Source: Bacilli bacterium
Lineage (GTDB): Bacteria; Bacillota_I; Bacilli_A; RF39; UBA660
Assembly: GCA_016290195.1 (NCBI GenBank)
Contig: JAEETF010000016.1
Span: 12,879 to 76,878 of the forward strand
DNA: 64,000 nucleotides
Reading direction: 5' to 3'
The position numbers and the translations under genes were made by a program. Under the pieces are notes generated by a model. The model was not told the origin of the DNA. It saw nothing but the letters and a program-made list of their open reading frames with translations, and made no database searches. Each line of letters begins with the position of its first letter. The stretch's first letter is position 1. Of this stretch, positions 36,297-46,251 are shown piece after piece.

Positions 36297-37925
36297 ATGA
36301 AGAAGAATAGTTTTTTAGAAGGGGCCTTTATTGCTACTATAAGTGTTATTTTGTGTAAAGTATTAGGACTTATTTATGTAATACCATTTAGAGCGGTTAT
36401 TGGTGAACAAGGTGGTGCTTTATATGGCTATGCTTACACAATATATTCTGTATTTCTTAGTTTAGCTACTGTAGGTATACCAACAGCAATTAGTAAAATT
36501 GTTAGTGAATATAATGCTCTGGATTATCAAACAGTAAAACAAAGAGCATATAAAATAGGTTCAAGATTATTAATTATACTTGGATTAATAAGTTTTATAT
36601 TACTATTTATTTTTGCACCACAAATTGCGGTTATGATTAAAGGAAATGCTGATGATGGTAATAGTATTGAAAGTATAACTTTTGTTATTAGAACTATATC
36701 TACTGCCTTAATTATTGTTCCTTCTTTGAGTAATAAAAGAGGGTATTTACAAGGACATAATTTTATGGCTGTACCACAATTTTCTGCTGTAATTGAACAA
36801 TTTGTACGTGTTGTAATAGTAGTTGCTGGCTCATTTTTAGCATACAAAGTATTTGGATTATCACTTGATATTGCAGTTTCAATTGCTGTATTTGGTGCAA
36901 CATTAGGTGCTTTAGTATCATATTGGTTTGTAACTATAAAAATAAAGAAAAATAAAGATAAATTTAATTTAGATGCTGAAGAAAAGAAAGAAGAAAAGAA
37001 ATTTACAGATAAATTAATTATTAAAAAGATGGTTTACTATGCACTTCCACTTGTTCTTATTGATTTAGTTAAATCACTCTATGAAGTAGTTGATTTATTT
37101 ACAGTTGTTAGAACTCTTCAAGATATAGGATTTAGTGGTGAAGATGCAGAAAATGTATTTGGTACTATTTCTACTTGGGCTTCTAAACTTAATATGATAG
37201 TTATATCAATTAGTATTGGACTTTGTGCTAGTTTAATACCTAATATTATGCCAAGTTTTGTTAAAAATAATTTTAAAGATGTAGAAGATAAAGTTAATAA
37301 AACATTACAACTTTTATCAGTATTAATTATTCCTATGACGTTTGGTTTATCCTTTTTAGGAGAACCTGTATGGGTAGCTTTTTATGGATATGATGATATA
37401 GGTATTAATTTGTTTAGAATTTATTGTTTTATATCTATTACAACTTCATTCCAACTAATACTTGTTGAAATATCCCAAATAATGAATAATACTAAATTAT
37501 CATTTGGTTCTTTGTTCGTAGGAATTATACTAAAACTTATCTTAAATATACCATTAATTTATTTATGTGATAAGATTGGTATTGCACCATATTATGGTTC
37601 AATTATTTCAACTATGATTGCTCATTTAGCAACCATTACAATAGTATTAATAGTATTTAAAAAGAAATATCACTTTAATTATAATAAATCACTTATTATG
37701 ATGGCTAAAGCTTTATTATCTTCACTTGTTATGATTGGATGTTTATATTTATTAAATATGATATTACCAATGTCAGGAGCTAGTAGAATAATGTCTATTA
37801 TTATCAGTGGTATATATGCAATAGTTGGTGGAGGTATTTATTTCTTAGCTGCATATTTATTAAAAGTATTTGATGGCATAAATATTATTGGAATGGTCAA
37901 AAGAAGATTCAAAAAAGGAGTTTAG
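36297..37925 (+). CDS. MOP-superfamily polysaccharide/lipid-II flippase-type membrane protein (SpoVB/MurJ-like)
   Basis: ~14 TM helices with the characteristic N-terminal 'ISVILCKVLGLIYVIPF...LYGYAYTIYSVFLSLATVGIP'. Confidence 0.65.
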   Translation: MKKNSFLEGAFIATISVILCKVLGLIYVIPFRAVIGEQGGALYGYAYTIYSVFLSLATVGIPTAISKIVSEYNALDYQTVKQRAYKIGSRLLIILGLISFILLFIFAPQIAVMIKGNADDGNSIESITFVIRTISTALIIVPSLSNKRGYLQGHNFMAVPQFSAVIEQFVRVVIVVAGSFLAYKVFGLSLDIAVSIAVFGATLGALVSYWFVTIKIKKNKDKFNLDAEEKKEEKKFTDKLIIKKMVYYALPLVLIDLVKSLYEVVDLFTVVRTLQDIGFSGEDAENVFGTISTWASKLNMIVISISIGLCASLIPNIMPSFVKNNFKDVEDKVNKTLQLLSVLIIPMTFGLSFLGEPVWVAFYGYDDIGINLFRIYCFISITTSFQLILVEISQIMNNTKLSFGSLFVGIILKLILNIPLIYLCDKIGIAPYYGSIISTMIAHLATITIVLIVFKKKYHFNYNKSLIMMAKALLSSLVMIGCLYLLNMILPMSGASRIMSIIISGIYAIVGGGIYFLAAYLLKVFDGINIIGMVKRRFKKGV

Positions 37926-37926
37926 T

Positions 37927-38922
37927 ATGAGAAGAACTATTTACTTAATAAAAAGAATTATTCATCTTGATTATCGTAATATGTTTAGAATAGCTAAAAA
38001 AATATCTAAAAAGATACATAAGAATCGTTTTTCTATTGTTAAAGATATGATTAAATGTGGTCTTAAGTATCAAGCTGGATATTATGATTATCAAGAATTT
38101 GAATTTTATTTGTTAAATGCTGAAGAAAGAAAAACATATTTAACAAGAGGAATTAATAATGAAATTATTAGAAAATATAATAATAAAGAAAAAAGTGATT
38201 TATTTGATGATAAAATAAAATTTAATGATTTATTTAAAAAATTTCTTAAACGTAATTATATTTATTTAGATGGTACTAATGAAAAGGAATTTATTAAATT
38301 CATTGGTAATGGTAAAGATGTAATTGCTAAACCTGTAGATGGTGAAGGTGGTCATGGTGTTGAAAAATATACTATAACTAAAGATAATGCTAAAGAAATG
38401 TATAATAAATTAATTGAAAATAATCAAAAATTAGTAGAAGAAGTAATTATACAACATAAAGATATGAATAAGATATATGATAAATCAGTTAATACTCTTC
38501 GTATGTTTACTTTTGTTAAAGATGGTAAAGCTTACTTTTTACAAGCAATTTTAAAATTTGGTAATGGTAGTGTATGCGACAATTTCTCAAGTGGAGGTAT
38601 GTATACATTTACTGATGATAATGGAGTAGTTATAGCTCCGGCTATTGATCAAGCTGATAATTATTTTGAAAAACATCCTATTTCTAAAGAAAACATAATT
38701 GGTTTTCAAGTTCCACTTTTTGATAAAGCTGTTGAACTAGTTAAAGAAGCAGCACTTGTAGTACCAGATATGGCCTATGTAGGATGGGATGTTGCTATTG
38801 GTGAAAAAGAAGCTGTTCTTGTTGAAGGAAACTGGTTTCCTGGAGTTTTTCAAATGAAACCAAGCTTTAAAAAAGATAAAAGTGGTATTTTACCAAAGTA
38901 TCGCAAATATATGGATATATAA
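37927..38922 (+). CDS. ATP-grasp domain protein (sugar-transfer-associated ATP-grasp-like)
   Basis: 'VIAKPVDGEGGHGV' ATP-grasp P-loop-like segment, 'VEGNWFPG'. RBS 'aaaggag'. Confidence 0.5.
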   Translation: MRRTIYLIKRIIHLDYRNMFRIAKKISKKIHKNRFSIVKDMIKCGLKYQAGYYDYQEFEFYLLNAEERKTYLTRGINNEIIRKYNNKEKSDLFDDKIKFNDLFKKFLKRNYIYLDGTNEKEFIKFIGNGKDVIAKPVDGEGGHGVEKYTITKDNAKEMYNKLIENNQKLVEEVIIQHKDMNKIYDKSVNTLRMFTFVKDGKAYFLQAILKFGNGSVCDNFSSGGMYTFTDDNGVVIAPAIDQADNYFEKHPISKENIIGFQVPLFDKAVELVKEAALVVPDMAYVGWDVAIGEKEAVLVEGNWFPGVFQMKPSFKKDKSGILPKYRKYMDI

Positions 38923-38925
38923 AAA

Positions 38926-38952
38926 AAGAAGGTTTAAAACCTTCTTTCTTTT
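38926..38952. terminator. bidirectional intrinsic terminator
   Basis: 'agaaggtttaaaaccttct' flanked by A/T runs, between convergent genes. Confidence 0.65.
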
Positions 38953-38953
38953 A

Positions 38954-39556
38954 TTATCTGTTGTAGAATTCAACAATAAATGATTCGTTAATATCAGCGT
39001 TAAGTTCGCTTCTTTCTGGATATCTAACATAAGTTCCAGCCATTTTCTTTTCATCAAAAGTAACAAATTCAACACGATTTTGTCTTGCTTCTAAAGCAGC
39101 TTTGATAACAGCAAGTTCTCTATCACTTTCTTTAACAGCAATAACATCACCTGGTTTACATCTATAAGATGGAATATCAACTTTTCTGCTATTTACTGTT
39201 ATATGTCCATGATTAACAAGTTGTCTTGCAGCTCTTCTTGTAGTAGCAAATCCAATACGATAAACTAAGTTATCTAAACGACTTTCAAGTAATTTTAAGA
39301 AGTCTTCACCATGAACACCCTTTAATTTACCAGCTTCAACAAATGTTTTATGGAATTGTTTTTCAGTTAAACCATACATAAAACGTACTTTTTGTTTTTC
39401 TTGTAATTGAGCTCCATAGTTTGATAATTTCTTTTGACGATTTGCCCCGTGTTGACCAGGAATATTTGTTCTTTTAGCAAGTTCTTTTCCAGTTTCAGAA
39501 ACTGAGAAACCGAAACGTCTTGCTTTACGATAAACTGAACCAGTATATCTTGACAT
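38954..39556 (-). CDS. rpsD: 30S ribosomal protein S4
   Basis: '[16 protein letters not shown]...' with S4 domain; RBS 'gaagggagag'. The ORF-track start at 39598 is an upstream in-frame extension. Confidence 0.9.
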   Translation of the reverse strand: MSRYTGSVYRKARRFGFSVSETGKELAKRTNIPGQHGANRQKKLSNYGAQLQEKQKVRFMYGLTEKQFHKTFVEAGKLKGVHGEDFLKLLESRLDNLVYRIGFATTRRAARQLVNHGHITVNSRKVDIPSYRCKPGDVIAVKESDRELAVIKAALEARQNRVEFVTFDEKKMAGTYVRYPERSELNADINESFIVEFYNR

Positions 39557-39818
39557 TAAAATCTCTCCCTTCGATATTTTGCAAAACATCGAGGCCATTT
39601 TACTATTTATAGGGAGTTTGTATTAATATCCTCACTTTGCAGCTAAGTTACTAATAACCCTAAATGGTAACAAACACATTATAAATAATAAAAAGCACTG
39701 CTAGATGAATATGCAACTATGATTATATTATGCTTTTCAAGTATAGTCAAGTACTTTTAATTATATTTAGCACATTATTTCATTATTTGCATATACATAT
39801 AATATGATTAAGTAGGGT

Positions 39819-39846
39819 TTGACAATTTTTATTAAAATAGTATAAT
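39819..39846 (+). promoter_or_regulatory. near-consensus sigma-A promoter TTGACA-16-TATAAT
   Basis: 'ttgaca' 39819-24 and 'tataat' 39841-46. Confidence 0.5.
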
Positions 39847-39873
39847 TTTGTTTATGTATTGGGAGAGGATATC

Positions 39874-40419
39874 ATGACAATTAGTACATTAGCAAGTTCA
39901 TATAAATTAACTAAAACAGAGTATCAATATTATAAATATGTATTTGAAATGGATAAATTACAAGAAAAATTAGAGAAAATGAATAGTAGAATATTTTCTC
40001 TTGAATTTAGAAAAAACAATAGCACATTTAGAAGAATTCAAAGTGAAATAAGTTTAATAGAATATGAAAAAAATTGTAGTAATCTAAATATAATTAAAGA
40101 ATATGCAGGAGATATAAAAAAACATAAAATTAAATATAAGTTATTTCCTTCTAAAAGAATTAAAAGAAAAAAACAGTATGAAAATGACATTCAAAAGAAT
40201 AGTATTATATTTGATTCACAAATAAATGTATTAAAAGATTGTAATAAAAAAGCTTTAGAAGATGAACAACAAGAAAATGAGAAAATTAATAAACAAATAA
40301 GATTATTATCTATCCAAAGAATAAGTATAGAACATCAAATGGAATTTTTAAGAAAAGAATATTATGGAGATAGTTTTTTTGAAGAAAAAACTAATTCAAA
40401 AATTAAGAGAAAAGCATAA
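39874..40419 (+). CDS. hypothetical coiled-coil, Lys-rich protein
   Basis: RBS 'gggagagga'; no motif recognised. Confidence 0.4.
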   Translation: MTISTLASSYKLTKTEYQYYKYVFEMDKLQEKLEKMNSRIFSLEFRKNNSTFRRIQSEISLIEYEKNCSNLNIIKEYAGDIKKHKIKYKLFPSKRIKRKKQYENDIQKNSIIFDSQINVLKDCNKKALEDEQQENEKINKQIRLLSIQRISIEHQMEFLRKEYYGDSFFEEKTNSKIKRKA

Positions 40420-40429
40420 CTTTTCTCTT

Positions 40430-40873
40430 TTAATTTGCAATATCTACGTATGTATCATTTAAACATCTAATAGCACATATACAATTTAGATTTATAGTAA
40501 AGAAACTATTTGTTGTTAAATATGGGATTGTTGCTGATGTAGTTTCATCGGTATTTTCAGTTAATACTCTAAAAGTGGCACAGCAACCATCTATTTTTTC
40601 AATTCTAAAAACGCTAGAACATACTACTCCTTCATCACCACAAGTGCTATCTGTTTTAGTAGTTGGCATTGTCCATGGTGTTAATCCATTGCTAAAAGTA
40701 GTATAAAGCATTACTGGTCTAGTATTAAGTCCTATAATTGATGTTCCATTACCAAGAAAACCACGATCACAACAATCTAAACATTTATCATCTATACAAG
40801 CTGCATTTTTTTGAAGTATAGCTATAACTTTTAATATTTCAGAAATGCATCCACAAGTTTGATTTTCACACAT
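40430..40873 (-). CDS. CotY/CotZ/ExsY-family cysteine-rich spore coat/exosporium protein (paralog 1)
   Basis: 'FRIEKIDGCCATFRVL' and 'CICAIRCL' match the CotY/CotZ 'FRVEK..DCCATL' and 'CFCAIQCL' blocks. Start placed at the Met with RBS 'gggtgg'. Confidence 0.65.
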   Translation of the reverse strand: MCENQTCGCISEILKVIAILQKNAACIDDKCLDCCDRGFLGNGTSIIGLNTRPVMLYTTFSNGLTPWTMPTTKTDSTCGDEGVVCSSVFRIEKIDGCCATFRVLTENTDETTSATIPYLTTNSFFTINLNCICAIRCLNDTYVDIAN

Positions 40874-40984
40874 ATATTTTCCACCCTTTCTTTTCATATG
40901 TATTATATTCACTAAGTAAAAAGTTGTGTGAACAAGTGTCCATTTTTAATAACAAATACATATATTAATGTGAGGAGTGATAAC

Positions 40985-41437
40985 ATGTATGAAATATATC
41001 AAATGCCTAATGATCAAACTATAGAAGAATTAAGTAATAATTTAGGTATTGATTTAACACTATTAAAAAACATAAATGGTATTAGAGATAATAAATATTT
41101 AGAAGCAAGTAGTTATATTATTATTCCTAAAAGAGAAAATGATAATTTTAAAACTTATATTGTCCAAACAGGAGATACAATTATAGATATTGCAAATAAA
41201 AATAATTTAGATTACTTACAACTTTTAGAATTAAATGGCCTAGATAAAGAAGAATATATTTATCCTGGACAGGAAATATTAATACCTAATAATATTTTAT
41301 TTTGGATAACTAAAGATAATAATACACTTGAAGATATTGCTAATAAATTTAATACAACAATAGAAGAAGTAATAAAAAATAATAAAAATATATATTTAAA
41401 GCCTGAACAATTATTTATTTTGAAAAAAAGAACTTAA
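40985..41437 (+). CDS. LysM-domain protein (two LysM repeats)
   Basis: 'YIVQTGDTIIDIANKNNL' and 'ITKDNNTLEDIANKFNT'. RBS 'gaggag'. Divergent from the CotY-like gene. Confidence 0.65.
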   Translation: MYEIYQMPNDQTIEELSNNLGIDLTLLKNINGIRDNKYLEASSYIIIPKRENDNFKTYIVQTGDTIIDIANKNNLDYLQLLELNGLDKEEYIYPGQEILIPNNILFWITKDNNTLEDIANKFNTTIEEVIKNNKNIYLKPEQLFILKKRT

Positions 41438-41495
41438 AAGTCTTTTTTTTTACTAGTTAATATTATATAATTATTAGTGTATATTGGAGGTAAAA

Positions 41496-41918
41496 ATGAA
41501 AAAAATTTTTTTAAGTCTAGTATGTATTTTAACAGCATTAATTTGTGTAACAGGTTGTAATAATAAATTAAAAACATATGAAGAAGTTAATTATAATAAA
41601 TTAATGGAAATGTTAGATAAAAAAGAATCATTTGCTTTATTTGTGGGTTCAAGTGAATGTAGTCATTGTGCTACGTATAAAGTAACACTAGAAAAATTTA
41701 TAAGTGAATATCAAGTAAAAGTATATTATATTAATATTCTTGATTTAAGTACTGATGAATATAATCATTTTATTTCATTAATTAATTTTGGTGGTTCAAC
41801 ACCAACAACTGTATTTATTACTGATGGTGAAGAAAAGACAATTTATAATCGTATTATTGGTTCTGTAGATTATAGTAAAGTAGTTTCAAAATTTAAATCT
41901 GCAGGATATATAGATTAG
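41496..41918 (+). CDS. thioredoxin-fold lipoprotein with CxxC
   Basis: Lipobox 'VTGC'; 'VGSSECSHCATY' thiol-disulfide motif. RBS 'tggaggt'. Confidence 0.55.
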   Translation: MKKIFLSLVCILTALICVTGCNNKLKTYEEVNYNKLMEMLDKKESFALFVGSSECSHCATYKVTLEKFISEYQVKVYYINILDLSTDEYNHFISLINFGGSTPTTVFITDGEEKTIYNRIIGSVDYSKVVSKFKSAGYID

Positions 41919-41928
41919 GAGCGATATA

Positions 41929-42930
41929 ATGAATAAAGATATTGAAGTGATGAACTTTGATGAAGAAAAAAATAAGAGTAATTTAAATTTTAGTGTTATA
42001 GAGAGTTATGGCGAAGATTTAACTGCCAAAACATATATTACTAATCCCGCAATTGCTCGTGAAGAAGAAATTAAAAAATTAATGATAGTATTAATGACTC
42101 CTGAAAAATCTGGATTGTTAATAGGAAAACCAGGTATTGGTAAAACAGCAATCGTAGAAGGATTATCATATTTGATTCAAAAAGGTGAAGTTCCCAATGC
42201 TTTAAAAGGCTATCGTATTATAAAATTTAATTCTACTGCTCTTGTAGGAACTATTACTATGAATGGTGAAGAAAAAATGATTATGAGTTTATTTGTTTCA
42301 GAAGCAAAAAAACTTTCAAAAACTATTTTATTCATAGATGAAATTCATACCCTTATGGGAGCTAAGAATGCTGGACCACTTGATTTAGCTAATATTTTAA
42401 AACCAGGACTAGATCGTGGTGAAATAAAACTTATAGGTGCAACAACAACTATTGAATATGATACATATGTAATTCGTGACCGTGCATTCTTACGTCGTTT
42501 TGATCGTATTGATGTAGAAGAACCAGATGAAAAAACAACAACTAAAATTTTAATAGGAACACTTCCTAAGATTGAAAAACAAACAGGTATAAGATTTAAA
42601 TATAGAGATTATGTAGCTGAGCAAGTTATTGATTCAATTGTAAGTGCAACTTCAGAATTTAAACGTGTATATGGCTTATCAGCAATGTATCCAGATGTAT
42701 CACTATCTGTATTAACACAAGCTTTTTCATATGCATTGTTATCTAATAAAGATGAAGTAGATTTAATGGATGTATATAATGCTATTAAAAATAGTAAGAG
42801 AATTTATCCTGATAGTATAGTAAAAGAACTAGCAGCTTTTAGGACAAAATTTGAAAAACTTTGTGAAAAAGAAAATATAACTCTTCCAATTGTTACATTG
42901 GAAGAAATAAGTACAGATATTCGTGATTAG
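41929..42930 (+). CDS. standalone AAA+ ATPase corresponding to a single ClpB/ClpC D1 module (no N-domain, M-domain or D2)
   Basis: 'GEDLTAKTY', 'ITNPAIAREEEIKKLMIVL', Walker A 'GKPGIGKTAIVEGL', Walker B 'ILFIDEIHTLMGA', 'IGATTTIEYDTYVIRDRAFLRRFDRIDVEEP'. Confidence 0.7.
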   Translation: MNKDIEVMNFDEEKNKSNLNFSVIESYGEDLTAKTYITNPAIAREEEIKKLMIVLMTPEKSGLLIGKPGIGKTAIVEGLSYLIQKGEVPNALKGYRIIKFNSTALVGTITMNGEEKMIMSLFVSEAKKLSKTILFIDEIHTLMGAKNAGPLDLANILKPGLDRGEIKLIGATTTIEYDTYVIRDRAFLRRFDRIDVEEPDEKTTTKILIGTLPKIEKQTGIRFKYRDYVAEQVIDSIVSATSEFKRVYGLSAMYPDVSLSVLTQAFSYALLSNKDEVDLMDVYNAIKNSKRIYPDSIVKELAAFRTKFEKLCEKENITLPIVTLEEISTDIRD

Positions 42931-42941
42931 AAAGGTAAATT

Positions 42942-43415
42942 ATGAGAAAAATACCAATTAAAAACTATTTACTATTATTTATATTACTTGCTGTATCAGC
43001 ATTTGTAATTTTATTGATTTTCAATCTTTTTGATACTAAGAAAAAAGAAAATAGTAGTGATTTTAAACAATTAAACTTCGGAGAATTAGATAATTATATC
43101 ATTGAAAATCCAGATGTAATTATTTATTTTGCAACTACTGATTCAATACAAAATAAATATTATAAAAAATTTAAAGATTTTGTTAATAAAAACTATATAA
43201 CTAATAATGTCATATTTATTGATAATAAAGATATTTCTAATAAAGATTTTTCAAAATTCATTAGCAACTATTTAAATAAAGATACTAATATAACATTAAA
43301 AGATTATTTAATTATTATGGATGAACAAAAAATATATACTATTATTCCAATAGATAATGAAAATCCTAATATGGATATTATTAAAAATATATTGATAGAA
43401 ATAGGTGTATTATAA
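42942..43415 (+). CDS. membrane-anchored hypothetical protein (possible redox-inactive thioredoxin-like fold)
   Basis: N-terminal TM. The thioredoxin-like assignment is tentative. Confidence 0.35.
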   Translation: MRKIPIKNYLLLFILLAVSAFVILLIFNLFDTKKKENSSDFKQLNFGELDNYIIENPDVIIYFATTDSIQNKYYKKFKDFVNKNYITNNVIFIDNKDISNKDFSKFISNYLNKDTNITLKDYLIIMDEQKIYTIIPIDNENPNMDIIKNILIEIGVL

Positions 43416-43921
43416 TGATTCATGTTGTTTTATATGAACCTGAAATACCTCAAAATACAGGAAATATAATGCGTACTTGTGCTGGAACAGGTACGCACTT
43501 ACATTTAATTAGACCACTTGGTTTTTCTTTAGATGAAAAAAGTATTAAAAGAAGTGGTGTTAATTATATAGAAAATTGTAATTATGATGTATATGATAAT
43601 TTTGAGGAATTTAAGAGCAAAAATAAAGGAGAGTTTTTTTATTTAACAAGATATGGCAAAAAAACTCATTCTGATTTTGATTATAAAAGTATAGATAAAG
43701 ATATTTATTTAATATTTGGAAAAGAAAGTACAGGTATACCAAAAGAAATATTAAGTGAACATATTGATAGATGCTTTCGTATACCAATGAATGAAAATAT
43801 AAGGGCTTTAAACGTATCAAATGCTGTTGCAGTAACTTTATTTGAAGTATTAAGACAACTTGATTATCCAAATTTATCTAGAACTGAAATATTCAAAGGA
43901 GAAAACTATTTAGAACAATAA
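43415..43921 (+). CDS. trmL: tRNA (cytidine34/U34-2'-O)-methyltransferase, SpoU family
   Basis: 'VVLYEPEIPQNTGNIMRTCAGTG' and C-terminal trefoil-knot motifs. Confidence 0.8.
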   Translation: MIHVVLYEPEIPQNTGNIMRTCAGTGTHLHLIRPLGFSLDEKSIKRSGVNYIENCNYDVYDNFEEFKSKNKGEFFYLTRYGKKTHSDFDYKSIDKDIYLIFGKESTGIPKEILSEHIDRCFRIPMNENIRALNVSNAVAVTLFEVLRQLDYPNLSRTEIFKGENYLEQ

Positions 43922-43979
43922 GTTGAAATTATATTTAAAACGTGTTATTATATATGAGAGAATAGAAAGTAGGGATTAT

Positions 43980-45386
43980 ATGAGTACTGATGAAATACTT
44001 AATTTCTTTATTGAATATAAAGTTTGGTTTATAGTTGGTTTTTCTGTTATTGTTTTAGCTATAATTGGCTTTATTGCAAATAAGAAAAAGTGGTTACCAG
44101 GTTCAAAGAAAAAACAATTAACAGAAGAAGAAACAGAAACACTTGAATTTTATGATGGTAAAGAAGTAGCACAAAATGATGCTGGGATTAATAATGAAGC
44201 ACCAGTTGTGGGAGAAAATTTAGAAAATATTCCAGACAATGATACAAATTATGAAGTTGAAAATAATATTGATAATACTAATTCAAATGATATGACTAGT
44301 GATAATTTGAACTTGTATGTCACAAATGATTCATTACAAGAACCAGAAAATAATATGGCCAATGATTTACCACAAGAACAGGTAAATAATATTGATAACG
44401 ATTTTTCTTTTGAAAAAAATGATTTTGTAGATAATTCATATGATTCTTCAAATGATGATGTTGATATTAATGCTGAAAAAGAAGCACAAGAAATTGAAAA
44501 TGAATTAAATGAAAGTAACGTTTGGCTTGCTCATGATGATGAAATATTTGAAAATGAAGTTAGCTCATATAATGATGAAATAAAGGAAGATAATGTAGAA
44601 AATTCTGCTCCAACTGAGACAAAAGTTTCTGAACCAGTAGAACCTGTTTATGAAACAACACCAGTTGTACCGGTATATGAAGAAGCACCAATGATTACAC
44701 CTTTATATGATAATAATGAAGAAGAAAAAAATGAAGATGTTGTTCATGAAAATATAGAGGCAGAACCTAAATTAGAAACTGAAGAAACTGTCTCAGAAGA
44801 AAAAAATAATGAAAATGATTCTTTAGAAGAAACAATTGAAAATGAAAATGTTACTTCAAAAGAAGCAAATGAAAATGAAAATGTTACTTCAGAAGAAGCA
44901 AATGAAAATGAAAATGTTACTTCAGAAGAAGCAATTGAAAATGAAAGCATTAATGCAGCTGAAAAAAAAGATGAAAATATTGTGTCTGAAGAAAATAAAA
45001 ATGCCGATAACGATTTAGATTTTCCAGATTTTGAACTTCCAAAATTTGAAGCACCAGATCCAATTTCATTTTCAACAGTTGATGAAGATATTGATAGATT
45101 AAATGATATGAATTTTTCTGAGGATGAAAGTATCGATATTGATTCAAAGCCAGTTTCTGATAAACTTGAAGATACAATGCAAATTAGTTATGAACAATTA
45201 AAATCTATGGTTGATGATATAATTTCTGAAAATAAATTAATCAAGGAAACAGATGAAATTCCTGATAAAAAAACAGAAGAATCAACTATTGCTGAAAATG
45301 ATGAAAAAACATCAAATGTTGAAGAAAACAATGCTACTGAAGAAATAGAACAACAAGATGATGAGGACGATGTTTGGAAATTTTAA
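43980..45386 (+). CDS. hypothetical N-terminally membrane-anchored, extremely acidic (Glu/Asn/Asp-rich) protein with internal tandem repeats
   Basis: TM 'VWFIVGFSVIVLAIIGFIA' then low-complexity acidic sequence. Start is uncertain (ATG 43923 or 43980). Confidence 0.5.
   Translation: MSTDEILNFFIEYKVWFIVGFSVIVLAIIGFIANKKKWLPGSKKKQLTEEETETLEFYDGKEVAQNDAGINNEAPVVGENLENIPDNDTNYEVENNIDNTNSNDMTSDNLNLYVTNDSLQEPENNMANDLPQEQVNNIDNDFSFEKNDFVDNSYDSSNDDVDINAEKEAQEIENELNESNVWLAHDDEIFENEVSSYNDEIKEDNVENSAPTETKVSEPVEPVYETTPVVPVYEEAPMITPLYDNNEEEKNEDVVHENIEAEPKLETEETVSEEKNNENDSLEETIENENVTSKEANENENVTSEEANENENVTSEEAIENESINAAEKKDENIVSEENKNADNDLDFPDFELPKFEAPDPISFSTVDEDIDRLNDMNFSEDESIDIDSKPVSDKLEDTMQISYEQLKSMVDDIISENKLIKETDEIPDKKTEESTIAENDEKTSNVEENNATEEIEQQDDEDDVWKF
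44835..44933 (+). repeat. three perfect or near-perfect 33-nt tandem repeats (11-aa unit NENENVTSEEA) plus a partial fourth
   Basis: 'aatgaaaatgaaaatgttacttcagaagaagca' x3 read directly. Confidence 0.8.
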
Positions 45387-45420
45387 ACATCGTCTTTGAT
45401 ATTTACTTAAGGAGGTATTT

Positions 45421-46251
45421 ATGACATTTAATGATATGATGGCACTAATAAAGAAATTTATTGATGTTTTATTAGTTTGGATGGTTCTTTATTATATATT
45501 AAAGAATCTTAGAAAAAATGTTAAAATGATAATGCTTTTTAAAGGTATTTTAATTATTTTGATTCTTAAAATAATAAGTGATTTATTAAATTTAGTTACA
45601 ATAGGATATTTACTTGATTATATGATAATGTGGGGACCACTTGCTCTTATTATCATATTTCAACCTGAAATTAGAAATGTACTAGAACAACTTGGTAGAA
45701 GTCAATTACTAGGTAGACATAAAGTACTTACTGTTGATGAAAGAGAAAAAGTAGTTTATGAAATAATACAAGCTGTTGAATATTTAAAACGTTCAAGAAT
45801 AGGTGCTCTTATTATTATAGAACGTGATAATAGTTTGTCAGAATATATTGAAAAATCTAAAAAATTGTATGCAGATATTTCAAGTGAATTATTAATTTCT
45901 ATTTTCTTTCCTAATAATCCATTACATGATGGTGGAGTTATTATTCAAGGAGATAAAATTACAAGTGCTGGAGCTGTATTTCCAACAAGTGATAATTTAA
46001 AGATAAGTAAAAGATTAGGAACTAGACACCGTGCTGCATTAGGAATATCAGAAGAAACAGATTGTATTTCATTAATTGTTTCAGAAGAAACAGGACGTCT
46101 TTCAATGGCAATTTCAGGAGAATTACATTATAATTTAACTGTTGATGACTTTAAAATGATGCTTCTTGATGAATTAAGACCTAAAAAGACAATCTTAATG
46201 AATGAAGAAGATGAAGAAGTAAGTGAGGATGATAATAATGAAGCTGTTTAA
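45421..46251 (+). CDS. cdaA: diadenylate cyclase (c-di-AMP synthase)
   Basis: Three N-terminal TM helices; DAC domain 'HDGGVII' and 'GTRHRAALG'. Confidence 0.85.
   Translation: MTFNDMMALIKKFIDVLLVWMVLYYILKNLRKNVKMIMLFKGILIILILKIISDLLNLVTIGYLLDYMIMWGPLALIIIFQPEIRNVLEQLGRSQLLGRHKVLTVDEREKVVYEIIQAVEYLKRSRIGALIIIERDNSLSEYIEKSKKLYADISSELLISIFFPNNPLHDGGVIIQGDKITSAGAVFPTSDNLKISKRLGTRHRAALGISEETDCISLIVSEETGRLSMAISGELHYNLTVDDFKMMLLDELRPKKTILMNEEDEEVSEDDNNEAV

Noticed and set aside
36527-36847. 106-aa - strand ORF
   Set aside because: It is antisense within the MOP flippase gene.
40985-41000. CATAtatTA sigma-K-like -10 just upstream of the LysM gene as a confident promoter call
   Set aside because: The canonical -35 'AC' is not at 16-17 nt spacing and the leader would be only ~12 nt. 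It is left as a remark inside a finding and not made a feature.
44744-45177. Overlapping small ORFs on both strands in the 33-nt repeat region, and possible CRISPR-like periodicity
   Set aside because: They are generated by the tandem repeat in alternative frames. The repeats are contiguous with no spacers, so this is a coding VNTR and not a CRISPR array.
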